Program-made: the position numbers and the translations under genes | The notes under the pieces: generated by a model | What the model was told of the DNA's origin: nothing | The model's input: the letters and a program-made list of their open reading frames with translations, nothing else | The model's database searches: none | Shown here: one piece after another, positions 1 to 9,097 of the stretch | Layout of the letters: every line of letters begins with the position of its first letter | Numbering within the stretch: position 1 is the first letter of the stretch | Assembly: GCA_963677595.1 (NCBI GenBank) | Contig: OY782041.1 | Location: 896,001 to 960,000 of the forward strand | Length of the DNA: 64,000 nt | Direction of reading: 5' to 3' | Source of the DNA: Spirochaetia bacterium | GTDB taxonomy: Bacteria; Spirochaetota; Spirochaetia; CAKZLE01

Positions 1-1
1 G

Positions 2-1405
2 ATGTTATCAAGATTCACTGTCGGGAACTTTCTTTCCTTTAAAAGACCGCAAACCTTTTCCATGATCGCCGGTCCCATACAAAAACACAAAGAACGGCTG
101 TACCAGGCTCAGGACATGAAACTCTTGAAGTTCAGTTCGATCTATGGGGCTAATGCAGCAGGAAAGTCGAATCTCGTGAAGGCTATGAAGTTCGCGAGAG
201 ATCTCATCGTACAGGGAACAGATAAGGTCCCTGATTCCAGCTGTTTCAAGCTTGATAGGACTTATCAGGATATTCCCTCGTACTTCGAGTTCGAGATCTG
301 TATCTCCGGACTGATGTACAGCTATGGGTTCGAGATGCTTCTTGCAAAGAAGGAGATAACCGAGGAATGGCTGATCCAACTGGGAGATGGGAAGGACCAG
401 GAACTATTCTATCGGAATACCGTCACTGGGAAATATGATCTTGATGAGACACTGCTCAGCCGTAACGAAGACATCGGTCGCCTTGGCATCTATATCAGCG
501 ATCTGAGTGCTGTGAAGGATAGATTCTTCCTCAAGGACATCGTAACGAACAAAGAGACTGCGTACCTGGCGAATCCCAGGCTCAGGATCTTCAAAGAGAT
601 CTTTCAATGGGTCTCCTCCCTGGATATCTCCTTTCCCAATTCCCCAGTTTCCGGGTATACCTGCTTCTTGGCAACAGCTACTGACCAGATCCTGGAAGCT
701 GTCAGGACCTTCGCAACCGGCATCAGTCATGTAGAAGCAAGGGAAGTGAAGAAAGAGGCTGTCCTGGAAGATGCCGCCCCTGCTGCCAGAAAGGAGATAT
801 CCAGGGTATTGGCAGACCTGCCCGGCAGTACAGCCAAGGGAGCGCGTTTCAACTGTAATGGGAAACTCTATCTTGTACACATGAACGGGGATGAGCAGGT
901 CTTCAATGAGATTACCTTTGCACATGATAATCTCAAGCATATCCCCTTCACGCTGGCAGAGGAGTCAGATGGGACACAACGTCTGTTGGACATGCTGACT
1001 GTTCTTATATGTACGAAAGAGCCTGCGGTATTCATCATAGATGAGATCGACAGGAGCCTGCACCCGCAGATGACTGTCCATTTCGTCAAGAACTTCCTCT
1101 CCTTAGCGGCGAGCAAGGACATACAGCTCATCATCACCACACATGAAAGCCACCTTCTTGATCTCTCGATCCTCAGGCAGGATGAGATCTGGTTTGCTGA
1201 AAAGAACCATGCGGGAGCGACACTCCTGACACCCTTTGACCGGTTCAAGGAGCGATTCGACAAGAAGATCGAAAGGGCTTACCTCGATGGGAGGTACGGC
1301 GGAGTCCCTCTCTTTGATTCTTTCTACTTTCCTACGAGGTATACTCAAGAGGAAGAATCGGAGGACATGGTGGGAGAAGCTTGCAGATGGGGCCAAACCG
1401 AATGA
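2..1405 (+). CDS. AAA_21/AbiEii-type ABC ATPase (RloA-like)
   Basis: N-terminal FTVGNFLSFK, Walker A GANAAGKSN, signature ESDGTQRL, Walker B IIDEIDRSLHP, ITTHE switch, C-terminal YLDGRYGGVP. Confidence 0.85.
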   Translation: MLSRFTVGNFLSFKRPQTFSMIAGPIQKHKERLYQAQDMKLLKFSSIYGANAAGKSNLVKAMKFARDLIVQGTDKVPDSSCFKLDRTYQDIPSYFEFEICISGLMYSYGFEMLLAKKEITEEWLIQLGDGKDQELFYRNTVTGKYDLDETLLSRNEDIGRLGIYISDLSAVKDRFFLKDIVTNKETAYLANPRLRIFKEIFQWVSSLDISFPNSPVSGYTCFLATATDQILEAVRTFATGISHVEAREVKKEAVLEDAAPAARKEISRVLADLPGSTAKGARFNCNGKLYLVHMNGDEQVFNEITFAHDNLKHIPFTLAEESDGTQRLLDMLTVLICTKEPAVFIIDEIDRSLHPQMTVHFVKNFLSLAASKDIQLIITTHESHLLDLSILRQDEIWFAEKNHAGATLLTPFDRFKERFDKKIERAYLDGRYGGVPLFDSFYFPTRYTQEEESEDMVGEACRWGQTE

Positions 1406-2127
1406 GAATCGAGCAACCGTATGGCTATCGATTCGATCAGGGATTAGGTCCCATCGAGCCGAAATATAAATATTTCATAGCATGTGAGGGGAAAAGAACT
1501 GAGTATGTGTATTTCAAAGGACTGATGAGAGCCAAATCTGAACTCGGTATTGATCCTTTGATAGATGTCATCCCTATACAACATGATTCTCAGACAGGCA
1601 GTCATCCATTGAGTATCCTTGATGAAACACAGGAAGTTCTGTACGACAGTGAACGATACTTCCCTGAAACAGATACTGTTTGTATTATTGTGGACAGGGA
1701 TGCCGGCAGTTTCTTTCCAACACAATATGAAGAAATGGTAGAGCAATCCGCATCATTGGGATTTAGATTGATCGTCTCCAATCCATGTATAGAGCTTTGG
1801 CTGTTGCTTCATTATACAGACCTTTCGAACTACGACCTCCAACAGATCCGTGAAAACAGGAAGAGGGGTAATCGAACGTATACCGAGATCCTGCTTAAAG
1901 ATGACCATCTCCAGGGAAGCTATAATAAACACCGCATTCAGTTCGATAGAAATTTCAAGCCGTATGTCCATAGAGCAATCAAGAACTCCAAGATGCATGC
2001 AACTGCACTAGACCAACTGAAGGTAAACGTCGGTACTAACATCGGGCTGCTCATCGGGGAGATGCTGAAAGAGCCTGCAGATCAAGCCGATACACACTCC
2101 CTAAGCTCCTGCACTCATAAATGCTGA
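1402..2127 (+). CDS. RloB-like (TOPRIM-related) protein
   Basis: ATGA overlap with the upstream ATPase stop; motifs IACEGKRTEYVYF, IVDRD, SNPCIELWLLLH. Confidence 0.85.
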   Translation: MRIEQPYGYRFDQGLGPIEPKYKYFIACEGKRTEYVYFKGLMRAKSELGIDPLIDVIPIQHDSQTGSHPLSILDETQEVLYDSERYFPETDTVCIIVDRDAGSFFPTQYEEMVEQSASLGFRLIVSNPCIELWLLLHYTDLSNYDLQQIRENRKRGNRTYTEILLKDDHLQGSYNKHRIQFDRNFKPYVHRAIKNSKMHATALDQLKVNVGTNIGLLIGEMLKEPADQADTHSLSSCTHKC

Positions 2128-2240
2128 ATCTATTTCCTCCGACTCTACCACTTTCCCATGGAAACATATTATAGTATAGAAGAACGTTGTAGACGATGAA
2201 ATGCAGAATATGATCAAGGACTATTGCAGGAGGACTAGGC

Positions 2241-3626
2241 ATGCCGGTATTCGTTAACAGGACCCTCAACATGAAGAAGATCAGGATGATCGGTTTCGAC
2301 ATGGACTATACCCTTGTCGCCTACCATACCGAGATCTTCGAGAAGCAGGTCTATGACCTGGTCATGCAGCGTCTTGCGGAACAGGAGGGGTATCCTGAGG
2401 CAGTCACCACCCTTCCCTTCGAGTTCGACCGCTCTATCGTGGGGCTCGTCATCGACCTGCGCAATGGGTACCTGCTCCAGCTGAGCCGGTACCATAAGGT
2501 GAAGCGCTCCTACTACGGGCTGGATGAGGTCCCGTTCCGGGAGCAGAACGCCATCTACCGTAACATGGCCATCGACCCCCGGGATCCCGACTATGTCAGC
2601 CTCGACACGGCCTTCGCCATCTCGACTGGCGTCATCTTCTCCCAGCTCGTCCAGCTCAAGAAGGAGGGTGCGGACCTCCCCGGCTATGCTGACATACTCT
2701 CCACGGTGGGATCCACGATGGACAGCATCCACCAGGACGGGACCCTCAAGGAGATCCTCAAGGCAGACTTACCCAGGTTCGTCATCAGGGATCCGAAGGT
2801 GGCACGGGTACTGGAACGGTACAAGCGCAACCATAAGCAGCTGATGATCATCACTAATTCCGATTACTCCTATACGAAGGCCCTGTTAGACTATGCCCTC
2901 ACCCCATACCTCAAGGATCACCAGAGCTGGAGGGAACTCTTCGACATCGTGATCACCTACGCCGACAAACCGAGGTTCTTCGAGCGGAACAACCGCTTCC
3001 TTGCCGTCGACCCCGATACCGGCCTGATGACCAACCACGAGGGGCCGATCACCAATGGCATCTACCAGGGCGGCTGCTCGAGCAGGCTCCAGGAGGACCT
3101 GGGGCTGCAGGGCAGCGAGATCCTCTATCTCGGTGACCACATCTACGGGGATGTCGTCTCGATCAAGAAGACCTGCAACTGGCGTACAGCCCTGGTCCTC
3201 GGGGACCTCGACCGGGAGATGGAGGGCGTACGCGCAGCGTACACCACCCAGGCACGGATCGATGAACTCATGGACCAGAAGGCAGTACTGGAGCAGGAGA
3301 TCAACGAGGCTGACATCAAGCGGTATGAATCGCAGGGACGGACCTACACCCCGCTCGACTCCCAGTACCAGCAGATCGACGGGATCAACAACGAGATATC
3401 ACGGCTCATCGGTGCATACTCCACCTTCTTCAACCCCTACTGGGGGGAGATCCTGCGTGCTGGGTCGGAGGAGAGTCGTTATGCTGACCAGGTAGAACGG
3501 TATGCCTGCATCTTCATGACGAAGGTCTCGGACCTTTATGACTATTCACCGAGGTTCTACTTCAGGCCTGGCAAGCGTATCCTGCCCCACGAGCAGGCAG
3601 TCATCGATGAGATGGGAACGGATTAG
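2241..3626 (+). CDS. HAD-IG family 5'-nucleotidase (cN-II-like)
   Basis: GFDMDYTL motif I, ITNSDYSY, KPRFF, YLGDHIYGDV; GGAGG RBS. Confidence 0.9.
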   Translation: MPVFVNRTLNMKKIRMIGFDMDYTLVAYHTEIFEKQVYDLVMQRLAEQEGYPEAVTTLPFEFDRSIVGLVIDLRNGYLLQLSRYHKVKRSYYGLDEVPFREQNAIYRNMAIDPRDPDYVSLDTAFAISTGVIFSQLVQLKKEGADLPGYADILSTVGSTMDSIHQDGTLKEILKADLPRFVIRDPKVARVLERYKRNHKQLMIITNSDYSYTKALLDYALTPYLKDHQSWRELFDIVITYADKPRFFERNNRFLAVDPDTGLMTNHEGPITNGIYQGGCSSRLQEDLGLQGSEILYLGDHIYGDVVSIKKTCNWRTALVLGDLDREMEGVRAAYTTQARIDELMDQKAVLEQEINEADIKRYESQGRTYTPLDSQYQQIDGINNEISRLIGAYSTFFNPYWGEILRAGSEESRYADQVERYACIFMTKVSDLYDYSPRFYFRPGKRILPHEQAVIDEMGTD

Positions 3627-4309
3627 ATTGAATCAGTGACGAAGGGGTGCCTCAGGTACTCGAAGATCGCCGCGACCTTGTCGCTCAGCGAGACGATGAA
3701 GCTCTCTGAGTACTTCGGGAGCTGGCGTGTCTTCGGGAACATATGCTTCACGATGATATCGGCCTCACGGTGTGAGACTTCGAAGTGGAGCCGTGCATTC
3801 TCCAGCGCGATATGGGGATGCTCCTTCCCGTGGGTAAGACGGGAGGCATCAGCCTTCTTCTTCTCCCTCCAGTCATAGAGGAAGAAGTCATGGAGGAGCC
3901 CGCCCCGGGCTGCGGCATGGTAGTCTATGCTGAGCAGCTTGGAGATCGCATACGCGATGAAGGAGACGCGCTGCACATGGTCGTAGATGTGGCCTGAGTG
4001 GTGGTGGTAATCCTGCAGCTTGAGGAACTCCTCATGGTAGAGGATATCACCGACGAGCGAATGGTGCTCCAATCGGGTCGGCCTCAGCTTCGTGAAGGTG
4101 GTATGTTCCGCACGCACGGAGATATAGAAGAGATGCAGTCCGTACAGGAGCGCAGCAAGCGCAGAGATACTGATCATCAGAGATACATGGGATAACAGAA
4201 GGCTGCTGGTCACCGTCACTGACAGCAGGATAAGCACCAGGTAGAACAGGCGTCTTACAGTACGACGATCGAGCCATGAATGTTTCTGGCCGTCAACTCG
4301 TATACACAT
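3623..4309 (-). CDS. Membrane-anchored HD-domain phosphohydrolase
   Basis: Two N-terminal hydrophobic helices, then H...GGLLHDFFLYDW...H...HMFP...DK. Confidence 0.8.
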   Translation of the reverse strand: MCIRVDGQKHSWLDRRTVRRLFYLVLILLSVTVTSSLLLSHVSLMISISALAALLYGLHLFYISVRAEHTTFTKLRPTRLEHHSLVGDILYHEEFLKLQDYHHHSGHIYDHVQRVSFIAYAISKLLSIDYHAAARGGLLHDFFLYDWREKKKADASRLTHGKEHPHIALENARLHFEVSHREADIIVKHMFPKTRQLPKYSESFIVSLSDKVAAIFEYLRHPFVTDSI

Positions 4310-4423
4310 TGTTCAGGTAATATACTGGCAAACCGTTGACAAGTCAAGAGATGGACCGGCCATCCGGGAGAGATTCCCTTAGGAACCAGGGTTTGAGAAA
4401 AATCTTTTAGAAACTCAACTTTG

Positions 4424-4467
4424 GTAACCTGCGTTACTTTCACGATCCGCCCCTTCCGTTATATTCT
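4424..4467 (+). promoter_or_regulatory. Crp/Fnr-type palindrome GTAAC-N4-GTTAC plus -10 box TATTCT
   Basis: GTAACctgcGTTAC at 4424-4437 is centred about 41-44 bp upstream of the ATGs at 4472/4475; TATTCT at 4462-4467. Confidence 0.5.
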
Positions 4468-4471
4468 ACCT

Positions 4472-5695
4472 ATGATGAAAGCAAAGATAGAGTTGACAGA
4501 TACGTTATATACGATCATAACGACCTACCCGCAGACGCGGGAGGTCTTCGTCGCAAACGGCTTCCCCCAGTTCGCCGATGATGCGCAGCTACAGGGGATG
4601 GGTAAGATGCTGACCTTCAAGGCAGCCATGCTCGCGAAGAAGAAGAACCCCGAGATCTTCCTCTCCCTGCTCGATGAGGTAATCGAGCAGCATGCCATGA
4701 TGGCTGAGGAGGGGGTCCAGGCACCGGCTGTCAGGCAAAGTGCCTGCTCGATCGCGGGGATCCTCCCCTGCCCGGTGAAGATCCCGCTGCTCGACGGGTT
4801 CGGCGAGTTCCTCAAAGGCTATGAAAAGGAACGGGGCAAGACCATCAGCTACCGGCTCAAGTCCGCCTCCGGCGGCCTCGGCTGGCTGGAGGAGGAGATA
4901 CGGGACGCGAAGGGCCCTGAGGACCTTCCTGACCTGGTCATCTCCGCAGGTTTCGAGCTCTTCTTCGACCGAGAACGCTACGGTGCCTTCCGGGATGAGG
5001 GCATGTTCAAGGACCTCTCCTCCTTACCTGAGTTCAACCGCAGTTTCGACGGCCTCGGGCTGAAGGACCCGAAGAAGAACTACTCCATCGTCGGGGCGGT
5101 ACCAGCGATCTTCCTCGTGGACACCCTGGAACTGAAAGGACGTAAGGTCCCAAAGACCTGGGACGACATCCTCTCCGAGGAGTTCGCAGGCTCGATCAGC
5201 CTGCCGGTCGAGGACTTCGACCTCTTCAACGCGGTCTGCCTGACCCTCTACCGGGAACGGGGGATCGAGGCGATCAAAGCCCTGGGACGGAACATGCTCT
5301 CCTCGATGCACCCCGCCCAGATGGTCAAGAACCGGAGGAACGAGGAGAAGCCTGCCGTGACCGTGCTCCCCTGGTTCTTCACCAGGATGATCTTCGGCAA
5401 CACCAGCCTCCAGGTCGTATGGCCCGAGGATGGGTCCATCCTGAGCCCGATCTTCGTCGCGGCGAAGGAGGAGAAAGCCGAGGAGCTCGCACCGGTGGTG
5501 GAGTTCTTCGAGTCAGAGGCAGTGGGAAAGATCTTCATGGAGCGGGGATTCTTCCCGAGCGTGAACCCGCAGGTAGACAACACGATCTCGGCAGACCAGA
5601 AGATGCAGTGGCTCGGCTGGGACTTCATCTACGACCATGACCTCTCTGCACTCATCAGGGAGTGCACGGAGGCATTCGAAGGAGCACAGGCATGA
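4472..5695 (+). CDS. DUF1858-like N-terminal domain fused to an ABC substrate-binding-fold protein, no signal peptide
   Basis: N-terminal TLYTIITTYPQTREVFVANGF, GILPCPVKIP motif, PKTWDDIL and VVWPEDG motifs typical of PotD/AfuA-like SBPs. Confidence 0.75.
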   Translation: MMKAKIELTDTLYTIITTYPQTREVFVANGFPQFADDAQLQGMGKMLTFKAAMLAKKKNPEIFLSLLDEVIEQHAMMAEEGVQAPAVRQSACSIAGILPCPVKIPLLDGFGEFLKGYEKERGKTISYRLKSASGGLGWLEEEIRDAKGPEDLPDLVISAGFELFFDRERYGAFRDEGMFKDLSSLPEFNRSFDGLGLKDPKKNYSIVGAVPAIFLVDTLELKGRKVPKTWDDILSEEFAGSISLPVEDFDLFNAVCLTLYRERGIEAIKALGRNMLSSMHPAQMVKNRRNEEKPAVTVLPWFFTRMIFGNTSLQVVWPEDGSILSPIFVAAKEEKAEELAPVVEFFESEAVGKIFMERGFFPSVNPQVDNTISADQKMQWLGWDFIYDHDLSALIRECTEAFEGAQA

Positions 5696-6396
5696 ACCTG
5701 GTAACCGTATCGGGCCCTCCGTCATCGGGGAAGACCTCGGTCATCCTCAAGACGCTGGCCTCCCTGAAGGACCGCTCGCTCAAGCCGGCAGTCGTCAAGT
5801 TCGACTGCCTCTATACCGATGATGACCAGCTCTACGAAAGAGCCGGCATCCCGGTGCGCAAGGGGCTCTCCGGCTCTCTCTGCCCCGACCATTACTTCGT
5901 CTCGAACATCGAGGCCGTGGTGGACTGGGGCGTGGAATCTGAGTTCGACCTCCTGATCAGCGAGTCGGCAGGCCTCTGCAACCGGTGCTCACCCTACATC
6001 AAGGGGATCAAGGCGGTCTGCGTCATCGACAACCTGAGCGGGATCAACACCCCGAAGAAGATCGGCCCGATGCTCAAGACTGCCGACATCATCGTCATCA
6101 CCAAGGGGGACATCGTCTCCCAGGCTGAGCGAGAGGTCTTCGCCTCCCGGGTCCAGGCAGTCAACCCGAGGGCCGTCATCCTGAACGTCAACGGGCTCAC
6201 CGGCCAGGGCTGTTATGAGCTGAGCACCCTGCTGCTCGATGAGGATATGCAGATCACCTCCCTCAAGGGGAAGGAGCTGCGCTTCAGCATGCCATCAGCA
6301 CTCTGTTCCTACTGTCTCGGTGAGAAACGGATCGGCGAGAGCTACCAGATGGGCAACGTGAGGAAGATGGATATGGAAGGGGGGAAGCGGTCATGA
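5692..6396 (+). CDS. HypB/UreG-like (G3E) metallochaperone GTPase
   Basis: GPPSSGKT, CPDH, ESAGLCNRC, TKGD (NKxD variant), C-terminal CSYC; ATGA-coupled to the upstream gene. Confidence 0.85.
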   Translation: MNLVTVSGPPSSGKTSVILKTLASLKDRSLKPAVVKFDCLYTDDDQLYERAGIPVRKGLSGSLCPDHYFVSNIEAVVDWGVESEFDLLISESAGLCNRCSPYIKGIKAVCVIDNLSGINTPKKIGPMLKTADIIVITKGDIVSQAEREVFASRVQAVNPRAVILNVNGLTGQGCYELSTLLLDEDMQITSLKGKELRFSMPSALCSYCLGEKRIGESYQMGNVRKMDMEGGKRS

Positions 6397-7397
6397 TCTA
6401 CGAACCACTCAAGACCCTGCTCGAAGCGCACCCCTACATAGACAGCTTCCTTCAGGACAACCATATACCAATCGAGGGGAATGAGGAGAGGAATGTCAGG
6501 GAGATCATCGAGAGCCTCCCGGAAGAGACCATCGAGGAGTTCGCCTACGACATCGACGCCATCGAGCAGAATCTCGTCCTCTTCATCACCCAGATGCAGG
6601 AGTTCCTCCAGGATGATGAGCAGGCAGTCACCTCGATCACCATCTTCCCCGGGACTGACAAGAGCGGAACCCCGGAGGGGTTCGAGCGCCTCGAGCTCAT
6701 CCCGGGACAGATCATCTCCATCGTGGGACCGACCGGGTCCGGCAAGAGCCGGCTCCTCGCAGACATCGAGTGGGTCGCACAGGCAGACACCCCGACCAAC
6801 CGCACAGTCTACGTGAACGGGGAGATCCCCGAATCCAAGTGGCGCTTCTCGATCTCGGACAAGCTCGTCGCACAGCTCTCGCAGAATATGAACTTCGTCA
6901 TGGACCTGAGTGTCGAGGAGTTCGTCAGGATGCATGCGGAGAGCCGCATGCTCGAGCATATAGACACGGTCGTCGACGGGATCATCGCGAAGGCTAACGA
7001 CCTCGCAGGCGAGCAGTTCACCCCCGACACACCGATCACCTCCCTGAGCGGCGGGCAGAGCCGGGCCCTGATGATCGCCGATACGGCGGTCCTCTCACGC
7101 TCCCCGGTCATCCTCATCGATGAGATCGAGAATGCGGGGATCGACCGGAAGCGGGCACTCGAGCTGCTCCTTTCCGAAGACAAGATCGTCCTCATGGCGA
7201 CCCACGACCCCGTCCTCGCACTGCTCGGGGACAAGCGGCTCGTCATCAGGAACGGCGGGATAGAGAAGGTCATCGAGACCACCGAGGAGGAGAGGTCGAT
7301 CCTCTCCGAACTCGAGGAGCTCGATGAACGGGTACAGACATTACGGAATCTCCTCAGGGCAGGAGAACTGTTACATGAGAACAAGAGGAGTAATTAA
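6393..7397 (+). CDS. ABC-type ATPase with acidic N-terminal extension
   Basis: GPTGSGKS, LSGGQ, LIDEIEN, ATHD; ATGA-coupled. Confidence 0.85.
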   Translation: MIYEPLKTLLEAHPYIDSFLQDNHIPIEGNEERNVREIIESLPEETIEEFAYDIDAIEQNLVLFITQMQEFLQDDEQAVTSITIFPGTDKSGTPEGFERLELIPGQIISIVGPTGSGKSRLLADIEWVAQADTPTNRTVYVNGEIPESKWRFSISDKLVAQLSQNMNFVMDLSVEEFVRMHAESRMLEHIDTVVDGIIAKANDLAGEQFTPDTPITSLSGGQSRALMIADTAVLSRSPVILIDEIENAGIDRKRALELLLSEDKIVLMATHDPVLALLGDKRLVIRNGGIEKVIETTEEERSILSELEELDERVQTLRNLLRAGELLHENKRSN

Positions 7398-7398
7398 T

Positions 7399-7638
7399 AT
7401 GCACGAAGGATGTTCAGCACAGTTTACAGGCGGGTCTGAAGTAGTGGACAAATTGAGGATGATGGGATTCTCGCAGGAGAGCCTCCCCTCCCCGTTCGTC
7501 ATCGAATGTGAGCATTGCGGCACGTCGTTCATCATGAGGACGTTCGAGGCTTCCTGCCACTGCGGCATGGTCTACGGGGTGACCCCCTGCCATGCATCTG
7601 CAGCAGAGAACGTGAAGGCTGCAGGCGTAGGCTACTGA
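7399..7638 (+). CDS. Small Cys-rich putative metal-binding protein
   Basis: MHEGC...CEHC...CHCG...PCH; GAGGAG RBS; last gene of the operon. Confidence 0.7.
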   Translation: MHEGCSAQFTGGSEVVDKLRMMGFSQESLPSPFVIECEHCGTSFIMRTFEASCHCGMVYGVTPCHASAAENVKAAGVGY

Positions 7639-8390
7639 TCCCGGACTTCATCCAAGAGGTGCCTTGCACCCTGGATGAGGAACCCGAAGTCCGAGGAGAG
7701 AACGGCATACCGCATCCCCAGCTTCCGGTACTCCAGGAACTGTTCAGCATTCCCGACCACCGTCCCGAAGGGGATGCCGCAGTTTCGGCAAGTACCCATG
7801 GCCGTACGGAGGACCTCCTGTACAGCTGGATCTTCCGGATGGCCTATCCTGCCGGCAGACTGCGACATATCCATGGGGCCGAAGAAAACCGCACTGGTAA
7901 TCCCGAGGGAGAGCTGCTTCTCCAGCTGCCGGGCACTCTCAACTGTCTCGCAGTGGGTGACGATCATCGTGTCCTGCTGTACATGGCTGACATAGTCATC
8001 AATCGGGAACAACCCATACGCTGCTGCACGGCTGGTAGTGGCAAAACCTCGCTTTCCTTTCGGGCTGAAGAACACGGCATCTGAAACTGCCTTGAGATCT
8101 TCAGGGGTATCCACGTTCGGGACCTGGATGCCTGCTGCACCGGCGTCGAGGGTCTGGAGAATTTCCTGCACGTCCCGGCTCCTGACCCGGACAATCGCCT
8201 CGACACCTGAGAGCTCGGCAGCTCTCAGCAGGTTCGTGAGCGTCTGCTTGCTCATCCCTATATGTTCATTGTCAATGATGATGAAGTCAAGACCGACCTT
8301 CCCGAGAATCTCCACCACTGCAGGGTCCGTGGACTTCACGAAAGTCCCGAAGACCGTCTCCCCCTTCCCCATCCGTTCCTTGATTGTCAT
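7632..8390 (-). CDS. HpcH/HpaI aldolase family protein
   Basis: DFIIIDNEH, LDAGAAGIQVP, CETVE, FFGPMDMS. Confidence 0.9.
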   Translation of the reverse strand: MTIKERMGKGETVFGTFVKSTDPAVVEILGKVGLDFIIIDNEHIGMSKQTLTNLLRAAELSGVEAIVRVRSRDVQEILQTLDAGAAGIQVPNVDTPEDLKAVSDAVFFSPKGKRGFATTSRAAAYGLFPIDDYVSHVQQDTMIVTHCETVESARQLEKQLSLGITSAVFFGPMDMSQSAGRIGHPEDPAVQEVLRTAMGTCRNCGIPFGTVVGNAEQFLEYRKLGMRYAVLSSDFGFLIQGARHLLDEVRDQ

Positions 8391-9088
8391 GAGAACTCCT
8401 CCTCCAGCCAGAGATTGATCGCCTCACTCACCAGATAGGGCTGTTCTACCGATGAGAGATGTCCGCAGTGCGGTATCACGTCCACCTTCGCACTAGGCAG
8501 CAGGGAGGCCAGGTGGTCCTGCCTCGGCTTCGGGGTCAGCCTGTCCTGCTCTCCGTAGATAATCATTGCCGGTTTTCGGAACCCTTTCAGCACCCGGGAG
8601 TAATCGCGTCTGCCGGCAAGTGCATCAGCATGGAGCGCATAGGTTTCTGAACCTACCCGGTCTGCCATCTTCCAGACCAGCTTGACCATGTCCTGGTCCT
8701 CAACGTGGTCAGGATGGACAAGACTGTCCATCAGGTACTCAGCCGACATCCTGCCGGTACCCAGCTCCCCAGCACGGGAGACCAGGTCATACCGATTTCG
8801 AGAAACCTCTTCGCTCTCGCTGAGGGCATTGGTATCCATGAGGATCAGACCGGAGACCAGGTCCGGCCTCTGCCGTACAATCTCCATTGCCAGGATGCCG
8901 CCGAAGGAGAGACCGCAGAGGATCGAGGGCTCCCTGATCGACCCGATGAGAGATCGTGCTATTGATGAGGCTCTCCCCGCAGGCGGGATCTCAGCACAAG
9001 CCGCCCGAAATCCGTTTGGGAGGTGGCTGACCTGATAGGAGAACAGGTCGCAGGTACACAGCAGCCCCGGCAGGAACATGATATCCAC
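8387..9088 (-). CDS. Alpha/beta hydrolase
   Basis: LPGLLC, GLSFGG nucleophile elbow, GEQD, CGHLS. Confidence 0.85.
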   Translation of the reverse strand: MDIMFLPGLLCTCDLFSYQVSHLPNGFRAACAEIPPAGRASSIARSLIGSIREPSILCGLSFGGILAMEIVRQRPDLVSGLILMDTNALSESEEVSRNRYDLVSRAGELGTGRMSAEYLMDSLVHPDHVEDQDMVKLVWKMADRVGSETYALHADALAGRRDYSRVLKGFRKPAMIIYGEQDRLTPKPRQDHLASLLPSAKVDVIPHCGHLSSVEQPYLVSEAINLWLEEEFS

Positions 9089-9097
9089 GGGCGTGCC

